Part shown: positions 20,900-34,555 of the stretch, one piece after another
How the letters are laid out: the number at the start of each line of letters is the position of its first letter
Numbering within the stretch: the stretch's first letter is position 1
Source: Chrysomallon squamiferum
Taxonomy: Eukaryota; Animalia; Mollusca
Direction: 5' to 3'
Assembly (NCBI GenBank): GCA_012295275.1
Contig: CM022673.1
Span: forward strand, 8,246,001 to 8,310,000
Length of the DNA: 64,000 nt
Translations under genes and position numbers: made by a program
The notes under the pieces: generated by a model
Seen by the model: the letters and a program-made list of their open reading frames with translations, nothing else
What the model was told of the DNA's origin: nothing
Databases searched by the model: none

Positions 20900-23800
20900 T
20901 TAACCTGTTTGGTACCCTCTGCAATTGGAAAAAAAACAAATAAGCTAGATAGAGATATACATGCACACACACACATGCAAACATAAAGAGAAAGAAATAT
21001 AAAGATAAGACACTGTATTAGAATGTGTAGAATTCATATATATTAGAATCTATCTGACAGATTCTACATTCATACATGAATAATCTCTATCGAGGACAAG
21101 GATATGGAAAGAAAATTGTAGACTGATCTTAGTTTGAACAAAATACTGAATTCATAAGCTAAATATACAAACACTAATAACTGTATATACTGTACTACTC
21201 ATGTGAATCTTTTGTTTAAAATATTTCAATACAGAAATGTACTATAGTGGCTTTAAAAACAAGATTCATTCAGCTTCATCTTACCTAAGACTGATGTCAG
21301 AATTAGACCTCACAAGCAGTGAAAATGATGTCTCCATGCTAGGGTTATCCAGAAAGATGAGAGCTAGATAATCACCAGATGGGAGTAAGTATTTGGCTTC
21401 AACATCATGAGAAACCACAAATTGACCCTGGTGACCATCAATAGTTCTAGGACAGTTGTCATAATACTTGTACAAATAATTAATGTCCACTGGTGGTCGT
21501 GTGTACAGCTGTGGAAAGATTATAAAACATGATGGCAGCCAAATTCCACCCAATTTATCTTGTAAAACTATGTTTAATCAGACATTTATTTATGTTTTTG
21601 CTTTATTTTTTGTTTTATTTTTTATTTTAAATTTGAGGTTTTTTCTCTAATTTATATGTATTTATTTATATACTCTCTAAATGAACAGTGTATATTTATT
21701 ACTGCTGTAAAATATTTTAAAAAGAGAAAGAAAGAAAAAATATTTTTAAAAAAAGAAGAAAATTATTTTTAAAAATTAAAACTAAAATTAAAATTAAAGA
21801 AGAGACAGTAAAAGGTGAATATACCTGAAAATAAATAACACAAGATTTAAAAGATAAAGAAGAATTAATGAAAAAAGAAAAACAAAATTAAAGATAAAGT
21901 GAACAGAAAACCCCCAAAAATATAAAAACAAATTACATACTGGAAAGACTCTAATTCCCACTGGATATTTCTCCTCTGGGTCCTGCATTACATGAAAAAT
22001 AATTGGCTCTTCTGCAATTTAAAGAATTCATCATTTATTTTTGTATAGGTTTTTTGTTTAACATTTCATTATATATAATCTTGGATGAAATAAAAGTTCT
22101 GGTAAGTTCACTATTTTGCTATTGTGAAGGTATCTAACTTGGTATGAATTTTAAACATTTTCAAACATATAAAAAAATAAATAAATAAATAAATAAGTAA
22201 ATAAATAAAAATACAAATTACTCAAAAATAAACTTAATTTGTCAGATTTTATTTTCCATACATTTGAGGTATTTTATGGAAGCTAAATACATTTGTACTC
22301 TGTGTTCAAACTATGGATTAATGACAATCCTCACTCAAGAAAACACAATACATTTATACATTTATTTTGATTAATGACACTGAATGTACTTTATAGTTTA
22401 ATATTATAACTCACCAATGAATAGTGAATACAATTTGTGGATTAATGACATGCCTCTTCCATAAATGTAAAAAATCATCATCTGGATTAATGGATGCATT
22501 TTGTTGACTAATGACATACTTGAAAGAAACCTACCTCTGCTTTGGACACTGAAGGCAAACTGTGGATTAGAGGCAAAAGTGTCCCGATGAGAGACTTGAC
22601 CTCCTGAATTAACACCACGAATCCATTCACCAAACAGAGACACAGTTTCTGCTGTATTTTAAATTAAATGTTAAATATTTAGAACTGCAATGTATATAAC
22701 TCAACTATGTAAATAAAATAAATAATGATAATATCAGTAATCACAATACAGAAAGAGTATTATAAATTATTGCATATATCACTACAAAAAATCTTTTTTC
22801 CATTTATCCTATTTGCTAGGATTCATTTTGCTTCATTGCTTTTCTCAGTATCCTTTTTTCCTTCTTATTTTACATTTGAAAATATATATCATGGAATGGG
22901 AAAAAGCCTAAGGGGTGCCTTCCTTTCCTGTCGATGAAATATGCAAAATTTGTCATTACTATTTTGTGGAATGGAGAGAGTAGGTAATCTCTGTTATCTT
23001 CATTAAACAAACATAACTACTTTGACTTTATTATCATCAAAATACACTTGTATAACTTAAACCACTGATAATGGTATTTGTTGTTCTTCACACAATGATA
23101 AAATGAAATTCTAAATTTAAAAATTGTATTTGATATAATGTACTAAACTAATTATATTACTTACACAGAGGATACTGATAATCATAGTGCACTAAAAATT
23201 TCTGTTCTTCACATGATCGCAACACAACTCCACTCTCCATTTCTCTGAAATGGTTATCAATTCAATCATTATCAGTGCAACAGTTTGATTTTTATTCAGT
23301 GTGTTTGACTATAATGTAAACATCCTACAATTACAGAGAGTCTGAATCGGCAAATACATACAAAAATCACAAAGAAGAATGTAAAATACATATATAGACC
23401 ATTAAAAGGTACACTTTAAAACTACTTGCCTCACATTCACCAAAGGACATGAAGTGAAGATTCGAATGACAAATTCTTTTTCTTGTCCCTCTGTAATGGT
23501 GGAAGGTATGACCATATATTCACCTGGATCAACACGATGTCGAAATGAAGCCTGAATCTCACCCAGATACACATTTGTATTTTTTCCCAGAACCTCAATA
23601 TTACATGCTGGTTTCCTTCCTGAGGATTTTCCTATAGTCTTTACAATAAACATATTTAGATAAATTTCCTATGATAAAATTAAAATATTCTTCAGCAAGG
23701 AGTATAAATTTTAAAAACATGTTAAAAAAAAAAAAATAAAAAATTTGAATTATGCTATATTCTTTCTTTAGAAAATACATTTCATTTTCAGAAAGTCCCA

Positions 23801-26377
23801 GTAGAGCATTCAATTTATTATTTGGGGTAATCAGAAATGTATAATAACGAAAACAATGAAAAAGAGATGAATAAATGTTTGCATAAATAAAGAAAATAAC
23901 TGTGGGCTAACACAGAAAACTTATTGATAATAAAAAAAAAGTTAAATAAAAAAATGCAATAAAAATAATAATAGCTCTCTCCAAAAAAAAGAAGAAAAAA
24001 AAGAAAAGAAAAACAGGAAAATAAAATAAATTATTCCTACTCTAAACAAATCACATCTAATGCTGAGTCTGTCATGTTTCCGATCTTTTGTTCTCTGAAT
24101 TACTTGAACAACCAGTGGAATGAAACCTTCTTTAGTCATTCCTGAAAAATATTTTGATGCCTAATCAGATGCAGCTTTGCAGTTGTATTCATCAATAAAT
24201 TACAGTGGTACCTCAAGTTATGAGTGCTTCAACTTATGAGTTTTTCGACTAATGAGCAGCCGATCTGTTGATTTTTTGCTTTGATTTGCGAGCCAAAATT
24301 TGAGTTATAAGCGAGCTTCAGATATGCTGCTGCTAATTTTGCACAACGAACAACACAACATCTGCCCAGCATCCCACATCTTACTCATCTGTTTCACGTG
24401 GTTACTTTGCCTTGGAAGCATCTCTATTGTATTGTGTTCGTTTTATGTGCAGCACTTTGCCAAATTTCCATGGATCCTGAGAAAGTAAGTGAAATGGACA
24501 GTCCTGAGAAGAAGAAGTGGATGATGTCCATTGAATTAAAGCATGAAATCATAGAAAACATGAGCAAAACTTGTAAGTCAAGGTACCACTGTATAATCAT
24601 TTTCTGTATTATTATTTTCACTGTGTAACTGTTCAAGACTTTATTATAAGCTTCTAAATTGCATTTTCGGAGAACAAAACTGCATAGAGTTTGGATTATT
24701 TAATAAAAATAACTATATTTTTGAATAGAGATAATAACCACTTGAATAAAACTGCTACAAACAGTTCCTTTTATCTTACCTTCTGCTGGGAGATTGAAGA
24801 CATATCGTGGATTGTCTAGACGGTTTTCATATCCTGCAGCTTTATCTCCCACCCAGGCTCCATAGATGTAAGTAACATAATCTACAAATAAATAAATACA
24901 ATACCAATAATTTTTTGTCAATTTGATGAGTATTTAATTACATTTAACCAACTAAACTATTAAAAGTATAATTCACTGATAAGCTGGAGTATCTATTAGT
25001 CTATCAATATTAAAAAAAAAAAAATACAAATTAAGATAAAAATGATAGAAAAGTGACAACTTCTGTGAATCTCCACACTCTTTCTTATTAGAAAATATTG
25101 GCTTCTATTAACACAAAAAGATCATCTTAACCTCTTTATCATCACCACCATGTCAAATAATTACTTGTCATTATTCTTAATTCACTAAATACAACTGTTA
25201 TTGGATAATTTATTATTGCCAACTTACGAGAATACAAATAAGGAATCACTGTACCTGCATCTCACAGTGCAACAAATTAATGACTCATTGCTTATTATTT
25301 ATGGATTAGTATAACTCGTTATCTAAAACTACTTGCTAAAACAATCGTTCACAACTCATATAACTTATTATAGCTGACTAAATACTCACATAGGTTATCA
25401 CTGACGCCATCACAGTCAAAGTCTGGTGTGAGATTACAAATTGTGGTCTGTGAGAAGTAGGTGAGAAAATCTTCAAGTGAAATCCAGAATTCACCATTGT
25501 CAATGTTTGGATTATCTACTGATCTCCCTACCACTGTTCTCCACTCTGCACTCCTGAAAAATAAATATATAAATTAAAAACATTGAATTCAAAAAGAAAA
25601 TTAATTCATATTTCAAAAATTAAATGAATAAGAATAAAACTAATGATAATCCTAATGGAAAATAGACTGATAAGAACATAGAAAATCGAAAACTATTTAA
25701 ACTAAATTTAACAATGACATCATAAATTCTGGAGAATGCTATTACCATAAAAATATGTTAAAACTAAACTAAATTTAAGTTCATTGAAATCATTATAAAA
25801 CAATATGAAAAAAAAAAAAAAAATAGGAATTAAATAGTTTAATGCTAAATACTCAGACATGTATATAATTTTAGCTTAACACTAGAAAATGTGACTGAAA
25901 TGAACAAAAATCAATCCATATAAGGGCTATCAATCAAATTAAATCCTATGCTATTTAAATTTATAAATACTTAAATCACAAGATATATGTAGTGTATTAC
26001 TGGTGTTAAATCATTAAAAATATAAGATTTGTAATATCATGTTATTTACCCATCACTCCAGGGGCCTTTCCATTCATAATGTCCCCAAGGATTTCTCACT
26101 CTAATTAAATGAACTTCTTTGCCATCACTAGTGTCAACCTTTTAATAAAAATATATATCTGCCTAATGAAAACCTTTAACCAAAGATTTTAATTTTTTAG
26201 GCAGATATATATTTTATTTCAGGTTTATGAAAATGATAAGAAAAAACATATATCCCTCTAAGAATACACATTTAGAAAAAATGATAAAGTGTAAAAAAAT
26301 AAATATACTGATTAAACAGGTTTGCAATATAAAATGAAGGAAACATCTTGATAATTTGCAAGTGTTAGACACACACA

Positions 26378-26430
<53 letters not shown>

Positions 26431-27007
26431 TTTTAAACCTTTGTTTATTTTAAATAAAAAAATTATGCTTACTGTTCCTGTGCCATTTAAGGAATATGCA
26501 TGTCCACCAACCAGTCCAGCATAGTTGTCATATTCAGGCTGTAATTATTATTTAAAAGTTTGAAAAACCATTACATCAGTATATTTAAAATAAGTGAAGA
26601 AATACACTTATGTAATATAAACAATGAAAACAATCATGTCTGTATCTGTATATCTGTATAGCTATCAAAGTTTTTGTGTCTTTAAAAATATCTATTTCAT
26701 ATTTGCCAACAATATAAAAATTACATACAGGAACAGTACAAGCAACCAATGCTCCAGATCGAAGAGCATTTCGGACTCGTCTGAAGAGCTTCATGGGGTC
26801 AGGAACATCTTGTTCTAAGTCCACCTTCTCTGCTACCCCACCTGTCAGAGCCAGGTAAGCATCACTAGCCTGACCACCATATATAGCATTGTAGGAACCA
26901 TACAGTCTGAAAGTGAACAAAACCTGATTATTTTACTTCAGGAAATGAGGGACAGAATGACAGAAGGAGATAAAGAATATACAAATAAGAAAGAGATAAG
27001 TGTGTAT

Positions 27008-27067
<60 letters not shown>

Positions 27068-29642
27068 CAGAGAGACAGAATGTTTGTTTACTTTGCAAAC
27101 CCTTTCTCCACCATAGCAACCCACATCTCATTGTCATCAGATGCTGATTTGGCTCCCCAGAGTTTGTTGCCATACACAACTGGGAGACAATCATCTGTGT
27201 AAACTGTCTCCCACTGACCAAAACGATAAAAGCAACATTTGAGAACTCCGGCATTTGGATTCCAGCCATCTTTAGGGATGATCTAGGAAAATATGAATTT
27301 ATTATATCAGTCATACATTTTACCAATTTTAGAGATTTTTGTATTTCATTTATTTTTAAATATATTGATTTGACTGATTTAGAAACATGCTGTTTTATAT
27401 TGCAGGTATATTACTTCTGTTTTGTTTGTTTGTTTATTTAATATGTTTTCTTTTCTTACTCTGTAAATATAATCAGGTTTCTCAGCCACACTAGCAAGCA
27501 TAGAGAGGAACCAACAGGTTCCTGCTGAACCCTGCCCAATATCATACCGTGTTGTCCCATCTGAAAAAAGGACAGGATTCTGACAAAATTCCTGAAAAAT
27601 TTAAAAAAAAGAAAATTAAAAAAATAATAAAATAAAATAAAAATAACAAAATTTTTTTATAAAATAAAAGTAATTAAATAATTTAAATTAATAAATATTC
27701 AAATGCCAACTACAACAGCATTAAAAGAATGCATCTTCCAAAGAGTCTTAGACCTATAAATTATTTAAATCAAAATGTGCTGAGTTGTCATTGATCAAAC
27801 CAACATTGATTTTTCATTCAATTAGCAAACAGTGAAAACAAGAATTTAGAAGTAACTTTTTACTTTAAAAATATGTCATTCAGGTTTAATGACAGAATTG
27901 TCATGCCAATGACTATATTCTTGAACAACTATTGAATTAAAATGGAAAGCAAAATGGTTTTAGGAGATATTCAGTTACTAGTATATAATCTAGATGCACC
28001 ATATTATACCACCATTCCCACACCTGAAAATAGACTCAGTTATTATAGATTATTTTTCCAAAGGAGAGATACACATTCTGGGTTACAAACGACTGATAAG
28101 GCTTCTCTGTTGACTACAGCAACATGAACCATTTATCTGTATTCTTGTTTTATATCTAAGGTATTCTAATATCATTAACATTTAAATAATTTAGAAACAT
28201 CATAAATGTAGTAGTTTTTTTAAAGCTAAATTTTGATATTATTATTAGTTTTAGTGGGGTTTGTTAAAGGGGGTTATTGTGTTTTTTTCTGATGAAAACA
28301 GGAAACATGCAAACACAACTGTGATGCTAGTTTCACTGATTAAGATAGGTTTCTTCTCTTAGAAATTAACATTATAAAAACATAAAAGCAAATGAAATTT
28401 TAACATCCTTATAATCTGAGAATACAGACTGATATAAAAATAGAGATTTTTTTTCATCAATACCAGATATTTCAGGCAAGTTAACATAAAATAATAATTA
28501 TAATAATAATAAGTAAAAAAAGTAAATAAAAAAAATAATAAAAAAAAAATACAGCAAACAAAAAACATTGTTAACAAAAAATATAATTAAAAAATAAATA
28601 AATAAATAAACACATTTCATTTACTTATTAAAAGTCAAATGTTCATGAATCATGAACTAATATTTCAGAATAGAACTCTGTGATAGCTGTATAGTTTGTC
28701 AAAATCAGATAATATTTTATTTTATTTTTTTAAAATCATATTTATATATTTAAAAAGCTATTGTCTCACTTATTTATAAAACTGGTCCTCTGAATTGTAG
28801 TTTGGCACAGCATTAGCACTTCCTAATAATTTCAGCAGTATTCATCTTATTTTAAGATGAGAATGAAAATTAGCAAGATGACTGACAGGTAAAAGCACTG
28901 CTGGCAAAACAAATTCTGAACTGATTTTACAGGTATTGTCAACTAATTTATATTTTTTTTATGATTCACATTTTAACAGAAAGATGGTGCAATGTGGTGA
29001 ATTTTTTTTTTCAGGTACCAATATTTGCTGTGTTACCTGTATAAATGATACAACTCTCTAAGGCCACTGCTAGGCATTTTGCATTGTTAGCATTGATGAT
29101 TTTTAAAAGACAAGACAAAAGGTGAACTCAATTATTTTGTTAATTTGAAGGATTGTTATTCATTATAAATGTGATGTGTATACAAAGCAATACTCAAGTA
29201 TGTTTGTCATGACTGTTGCTCTTTAAAATAAATTTTTACAGAAATGTTTTGGGTGTTTTAATTATATTATCGTTAATCTTTCTCCCCTCTGTCTCTCTCT
29301 CTCTCTTCTCTCTCTTTCTTTTCTCTCTCCTCTTACCATAGGCCTCTTCCATTCAATTCTGTCTCTTCTGTACTCAGCAATAGCTACATACAATGGAAAG
29401 TCTTGATCAGTGAACAACATTCCTTGTCTTGTTGGATCTTGAGGAGCCTCTCGTAAATGTTTTTTAGTTCGAAAATCTAACCTTGTTTCAAACAATCCAG
29501 TGACCTTATCACTAACATATTTCAAAGCCACTTTACGTGATCGAGTGACACTTTCCACTCTGTGAGCTTGTACGGGTCTTGGTCCAGCATCACGTGTCCC
29601 AGTGCCATATATCCTGCTCTCTGACGAAGGTACACATCCCAT
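20900..29642 (-). CDS. CAPN: Non-classical calpain (CysPc plus two CBSW/domain-III modules, no penta-EF-hand), 15 coding exons, 682 aa
   Basis: Exons (minus) 29642-29337, 27591-27460, 27282-27092, 26906-26729, 26538-26473, 26138-26050, 25553-25390, 24881-24780, 24141-24041, 23638-23430, 23244-23165, 22651-22535, 22011-21941, 21508-21285, 20918-20900. Motifs [19 protein letters not shown] (Cys), GHAYS (His), RNPWG (Asn), [17 protein letters not shown]; CBSW1 GAW...NPRY...[10 protein letters not shown]; CBSW2 [11 protein letters not shown]...NPQF...LPSGDY. Confidence 0.95.
24203..24591 (+). mobile_element. Tigger/pogo (Tc1-mariner superfamily) internal-deletion derivative in a calpain intron
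   Basis: TIRs CAGTGGTACCTCAAGTTA... and ...TAAGTCAAGGTACCACTG, with TA on both sides. Retains a transposase N-terminus-like stub [29 protein letters not shown] (CENP-B/psq HTH type). Confidence 0.88.
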
Positions 29643-29942
29643 TGCAAATTTTCAAAATAAAGATATTTAACTGTTTCTGTGAAATAAGAAAAATCATACG
29701 GAAACATTAGATATATGAATGAACTCTAGATGGATTGATTAAGGGGATGAATAACTTTTCTTTTATAAATACGAAGTCAAGGAAAGGAATTTCTCTGCAA
29801 CTACTTACTGTTGCAAGGAATCTTAAGAATAGATTTTCCTGCAGACAGAAGATAACACATTCATGACGATTTTAACTTTTGTCGTGCCAATCATTGAGAA
29901 CTGAAATGGGAAATAATCTGAAGATCTAAGTCAATAACTGCA

Positions 29943-29974
<32 letters not shown>

Positions 29975-30456
29975 TACTACTACTACTATTACTACTACAA
30001 ACACTGATAATGATGATGATGATGATAATTGTTATCAGTAACCAGTATCAACACCAACCAGTATGACAGTATGATCCTGTCAGTCAAAAGACCAAGGAAA
30101 TAAAATGTCTTAATAAAAAATCAGAATAGGATGTAAATATTATTTATACAATGTTTATATCTAATTATGAAATAGTGATTATAAGCTGAAAAATAATGAA
30201 CTGTCACTTTAAATATACAGTTTATATCTAAAAATATAATAATAATAAATAAATAAAAAATATTATAAAAATAATTTAAAAAAAAAATTTACAAATCTTG
30301 TTTTAAAATTTTTTATTTGTTTATTTTTTAATGTTGAAAAAAAAAAATTAATGAATAATTATTTAATTTTTTATTGTTGTCATGATTGTTTTCCCTGCTG
30401 TTGCAACTGATGGTAATGTAAGCAAACAAAGAAGAATTAATTTTATTATTTTTTTA

Positions 30457-30660
30457 TTAATAGACATTGAACACTTCCATATTTTAAATGAAAATAATTA
30501 CAATAATAATAATAACAATAAAGAAATAAAAAAATATAAATAATAATAATAATAATAATTAATAGACATTGAACACTTCCATATTTTAAATGAAAATAAT
30601 TACAATAATAATAATAACAATAAAGAAATAAAAAAATATAAATAATAATAATAATAATAA
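30457..30660. repeat. Near-perfect tandem duplication, period about 102 bp
   Basis: TTAATAGACATTGAACACTTCCATATTTTAAATG... begins at 30457 and again at 30559. Confidence 0.9.
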
Positions 30661-32271
30661 AAGAATGAAAGAGAAAAAACACTTTTAATCACTGCAAACC
30701 TCCATACAGTTTACTGACTGGTTTACTAATTTGTGTGAAGACTAGAATTTAAAATTATTATTATCTTGTTAAAATGAAAACAGCATTAGTACAATACTTT
30801 AATGGATTAAATAAGTAAATAATAAACAGCTTTGGAGACCTAAATGAATTCACTTTAATGATCAATTAAGACTGTTCAATAAAATCAATAATCTTGTCAC
30901 AGTCTGATAATAATACATAATAAGAGATAACACACAGATGTCACAACCTTATACTTACATATGTAAGTGATACACAAAAGAAGTCCTAGTATTAAATACT
31001 TAATTCTTGGTGGTTACAACATGTTACAGATCTGGTTAGCTTAACCACCATTTTTTAACGTTATTGTTTATTCATCAAACAACTCATGAGGTGAGTATAC
31101 TGACCACTTAGCAACAATGACAACAAACATGCAGACACTCTCGATAATGGGAAGTCACTCCTGGCAGCCACATTCTTCATTCACAAAGAAATATAAAAAA
31201 AGCATTCAAAAAGGGTTGTGAGATTTGTTTAGAGAAACTGAACTGTCACAGGGCTATAGACACAGATCAACAAGATTAAGACTTAATATCAACTTGACAA
31301 ATTATAGCTTAGTTAATATGAGGATTAATCTTTTATTGTGTGTTTAGAAATTAGGAAATCTATTAATATTTAACATATTATAATACATACAAAATTACCC
31401 TCACATAAACATATCATATAAGAATATATGCACACATAGAGATAAAAATAAATACAAACACACATTAACACAGATATCAAAAATCATACACATACATATT
31501 GTATACAAAACAAATCTCCTTTTATAATTATTACCATTATTAAAATAATTTTAAAACATTATTTTTGATATTTTTTAATCATTATCTAAATGCATTCAGA
31601 TGTCAGCAAACATATTAACGATCAGTCTTCAAAGTAGCTAAGGAAACATTATTCATTGTTTATAAAGTAACATTTACAGCTCTATAATTGTACTTAATGT
31701 AAAAAAATTAAGGTTTAACAAGCCTCTGCTTACAAACTCAGGAAATGGGATTTGTTTTTACTGATTATTTTTATTTTTTTTTTGATTTTTTTAATCAGAC
31801 ATTTAAAAGAAACAGTGAATGGAAGAAAAAAGAAAAAAGAGCATGGGAGAATGAGATAAAAATAATCAATCAAAGAAAAATACAAAAAGAAGAAAAATCA
31901 GGAAATTTTTATGTTAGGGAATGAAAGAATATTAAAAACTGAGATATGCTTAAGGCTTTGAATAAATAAATTAATAAACTACTTTCCTTCAATATCAAAT
32001 TCAAATACTGCTTTAATATATTTTGAAAATAACATATTTTTATTTTGTTGAAATATTAATAAGTTAACTATTCAAGAATATATTTAGCTATTTGAAAAAT
32101 ATATATATAATAATAATAATTAAAAAGTTACAATCTGCTGTATTTTATTTACTTCTTCATCACCTTTCTAAGTGAATTATTATTACAGAAAACTGCACAT
32201 ATCAGTGTACATATTTGTATATGTATGCAAGCACTATCTCACTGTGCCATTTATTTATTTATTTATTTTTA

Positions 32272-32316
<45 letters not shown>

Positions 32317-34237
32317 TTTTATTATTATTTTATTTTTATTTTTATTTCTTTGTTGTTTTTTTTTTTTCTTGGTTAAATATTTAAACCTAGTTTATACGAT
32401 AAACATCAGTTTTACATTTTAAAAATAAAACAAAACTACAACAAAATTGGAGAGGTAAGAAGAAAGGAAAGAGAGCAACATTCCACATACTAATTCGAAT
32501 CCATCATAGTACAATGTTAAATAATGCTGATCATCAGACTGGTGAGAATATTCAACAGCTCCTGCTTATATCTTTAAAAAAATTCTTTATAAGATAGTCT
32601 GATATATGTTCTCAAATTAATGTAAACGATCATTAAAAATATATCAATATATATTCTTTTTTCATTTTCGAAATTGTCAGTCATAAATATATCGTCTGCT
32701 AGAAAACGCCATTACATCAAGGGCGGTAACTTCGTGATCGTTGTTTGTGAGAGTGCTTTGTGTTAAAATAAATAAATAAATAAATAAAAATACACCTCGT
32801 GCGATGGATACTTGAATTAAGCCATCCAGATAAATAGAAATAAAATAAAAATGTGTATTTCTTCTTCTTCTCCCCCCGCCGTCGTTGTATTTCAAATCAG
32901 CCCAGTGATAGAAATGATTTCAGTAGTAATTTCCTCGTAAATTAACTTCTTAAGTCTAATCAAATAAAACCATATTCGACCTCAGTTTTCAAAGTACTAA
33001 AATTTAGTAAAAATTGTATACTGACTTACTTTAATTAAAATATTGCAGCATACACTGTAAGAGTAAAGTGTAGTTCATGCAATAGGCCAGTTTCTGTTTA
33101 TTTTATTTTTATTTATTTATTACTATTATTTTCAAAAAATAATGAATACGCAAAAATTAAAACTAATTAAAACATTATTTTAACAGCTGGATGTTGCGAG
33201 AATATATGTATCAATAAAATAAACTTCGTTTAACGAATTTGATACTTCAGCTAATAGTATTAACAGAGGCGAAGAGATATCCGTTGACGAAAGATCTGTT
33301 GAGACGCAAATGTTTTAAAATGATAATTTAATAAAGCACTGTAATTTTAAAAATCTTAAATTTCTTTTTATAGCCATTGCTTATTATTGTACTTTATTGT
33401 TCAGACATATTTTAATTATTTTAATACTCCTCAATCACAACTAAAATTTTGTGTTATATGTATTTGTACTATGATTTACTAACAAGAAACAATATTTTTA
33501 ACAGTGTATTTTATAGTTTTCAAATTCTGATTTCAAACAACAGCGAATTTCTGTTTTGTTTAATTATTATTATTTTTTTTTTTTTCAAAATCATGTATTA
33601 TGTACCCTTCATTTATGTCAGATACGCAGTTACATAAAGTAAATTACACATTTTGGTTTCTTTTTTCAAGTTCCATAATAATTTGATATCATTTATTAAA
33701 TTACTAAGGTTAATTTTAACGTATAAGTAATACTTTAATGTGCCAAAAACAATACTGGCAATTACCATTTGTTTGATTTTAAATGCTGTAATGTCATTTT
33801 GTATTACTATATGATACTCGTACTGAGATCATTTTAATGGTCATATTAGGTGATACGCTTTTGAATAATTAAATATACAAAATGGTCATTCAAAACACTT
33901 AGTTATTTCAAGGACATATGCCTCAGATTTTACATTTTTGTTAAAAATGAACTAATTAATTAGCGTTCTCTTAAAAATGGCTAACCTGACACATACTTAG
34001 AGTGTATCAGCCATGAACACAGTTAACTCAAAACTGTCATCTGTTGTATATCAATTAAAAAAATAAAACTATCTAGAATTAAAGTAGCTCACTCATGCAA
34101 GAAAGGTTAATACACATAAAAAGAACAAAAACAAAAACAAATTTACTTCTGGAAGTAGCACTTAATGTTTGGATCCTTAGGCTAAAAAATATTTTTTCAA
34201 TATACCCCGTTATTTTTATCATTCTAAAGTTTAGAAA

Positions 34238-34510
34238 CAGGATGTAAGCATGTTGGTTACATCACTGATATAATGAGTCACTTGATCAATCCTCAGGTCA
34301 TCCTTTGACTGCTTTTTATCAGTTGAAGTATTGCTCAACAACTGGTACATCGAAAGCTGTCGAGAGTGTTCATGTTTAAGGGAACTGCATTTAGAGATCT
34401 TTTGTTTCTAATCAATAAGAAGATTACTTATACAATCATTATTTACCAGCCTCAATACATCTGACACCTATTAATGATTCACATGAAATAGATGTCTAAA
34501 GATTATTTCA
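34238..34510 (+). mobile_element. Possible highly degenerate tRNA-derived SINE copy
   Basis: Segments such as CTCAACAACTGGTACATCGAAAG and TGCATTTAGAGATCTTTTGTTTCTAATC resemble, from memory, an abundant gastropod SINE core. A similar 3' fragment with a (CATT)n-like tail lies at about 47150-47320. Not verified by alignment. Confidence 0.35.
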
Positions 34511-34555
34511 TTCACTATCCTTCAGTCACATTTGTATTTGTTATAAAACTATTTA

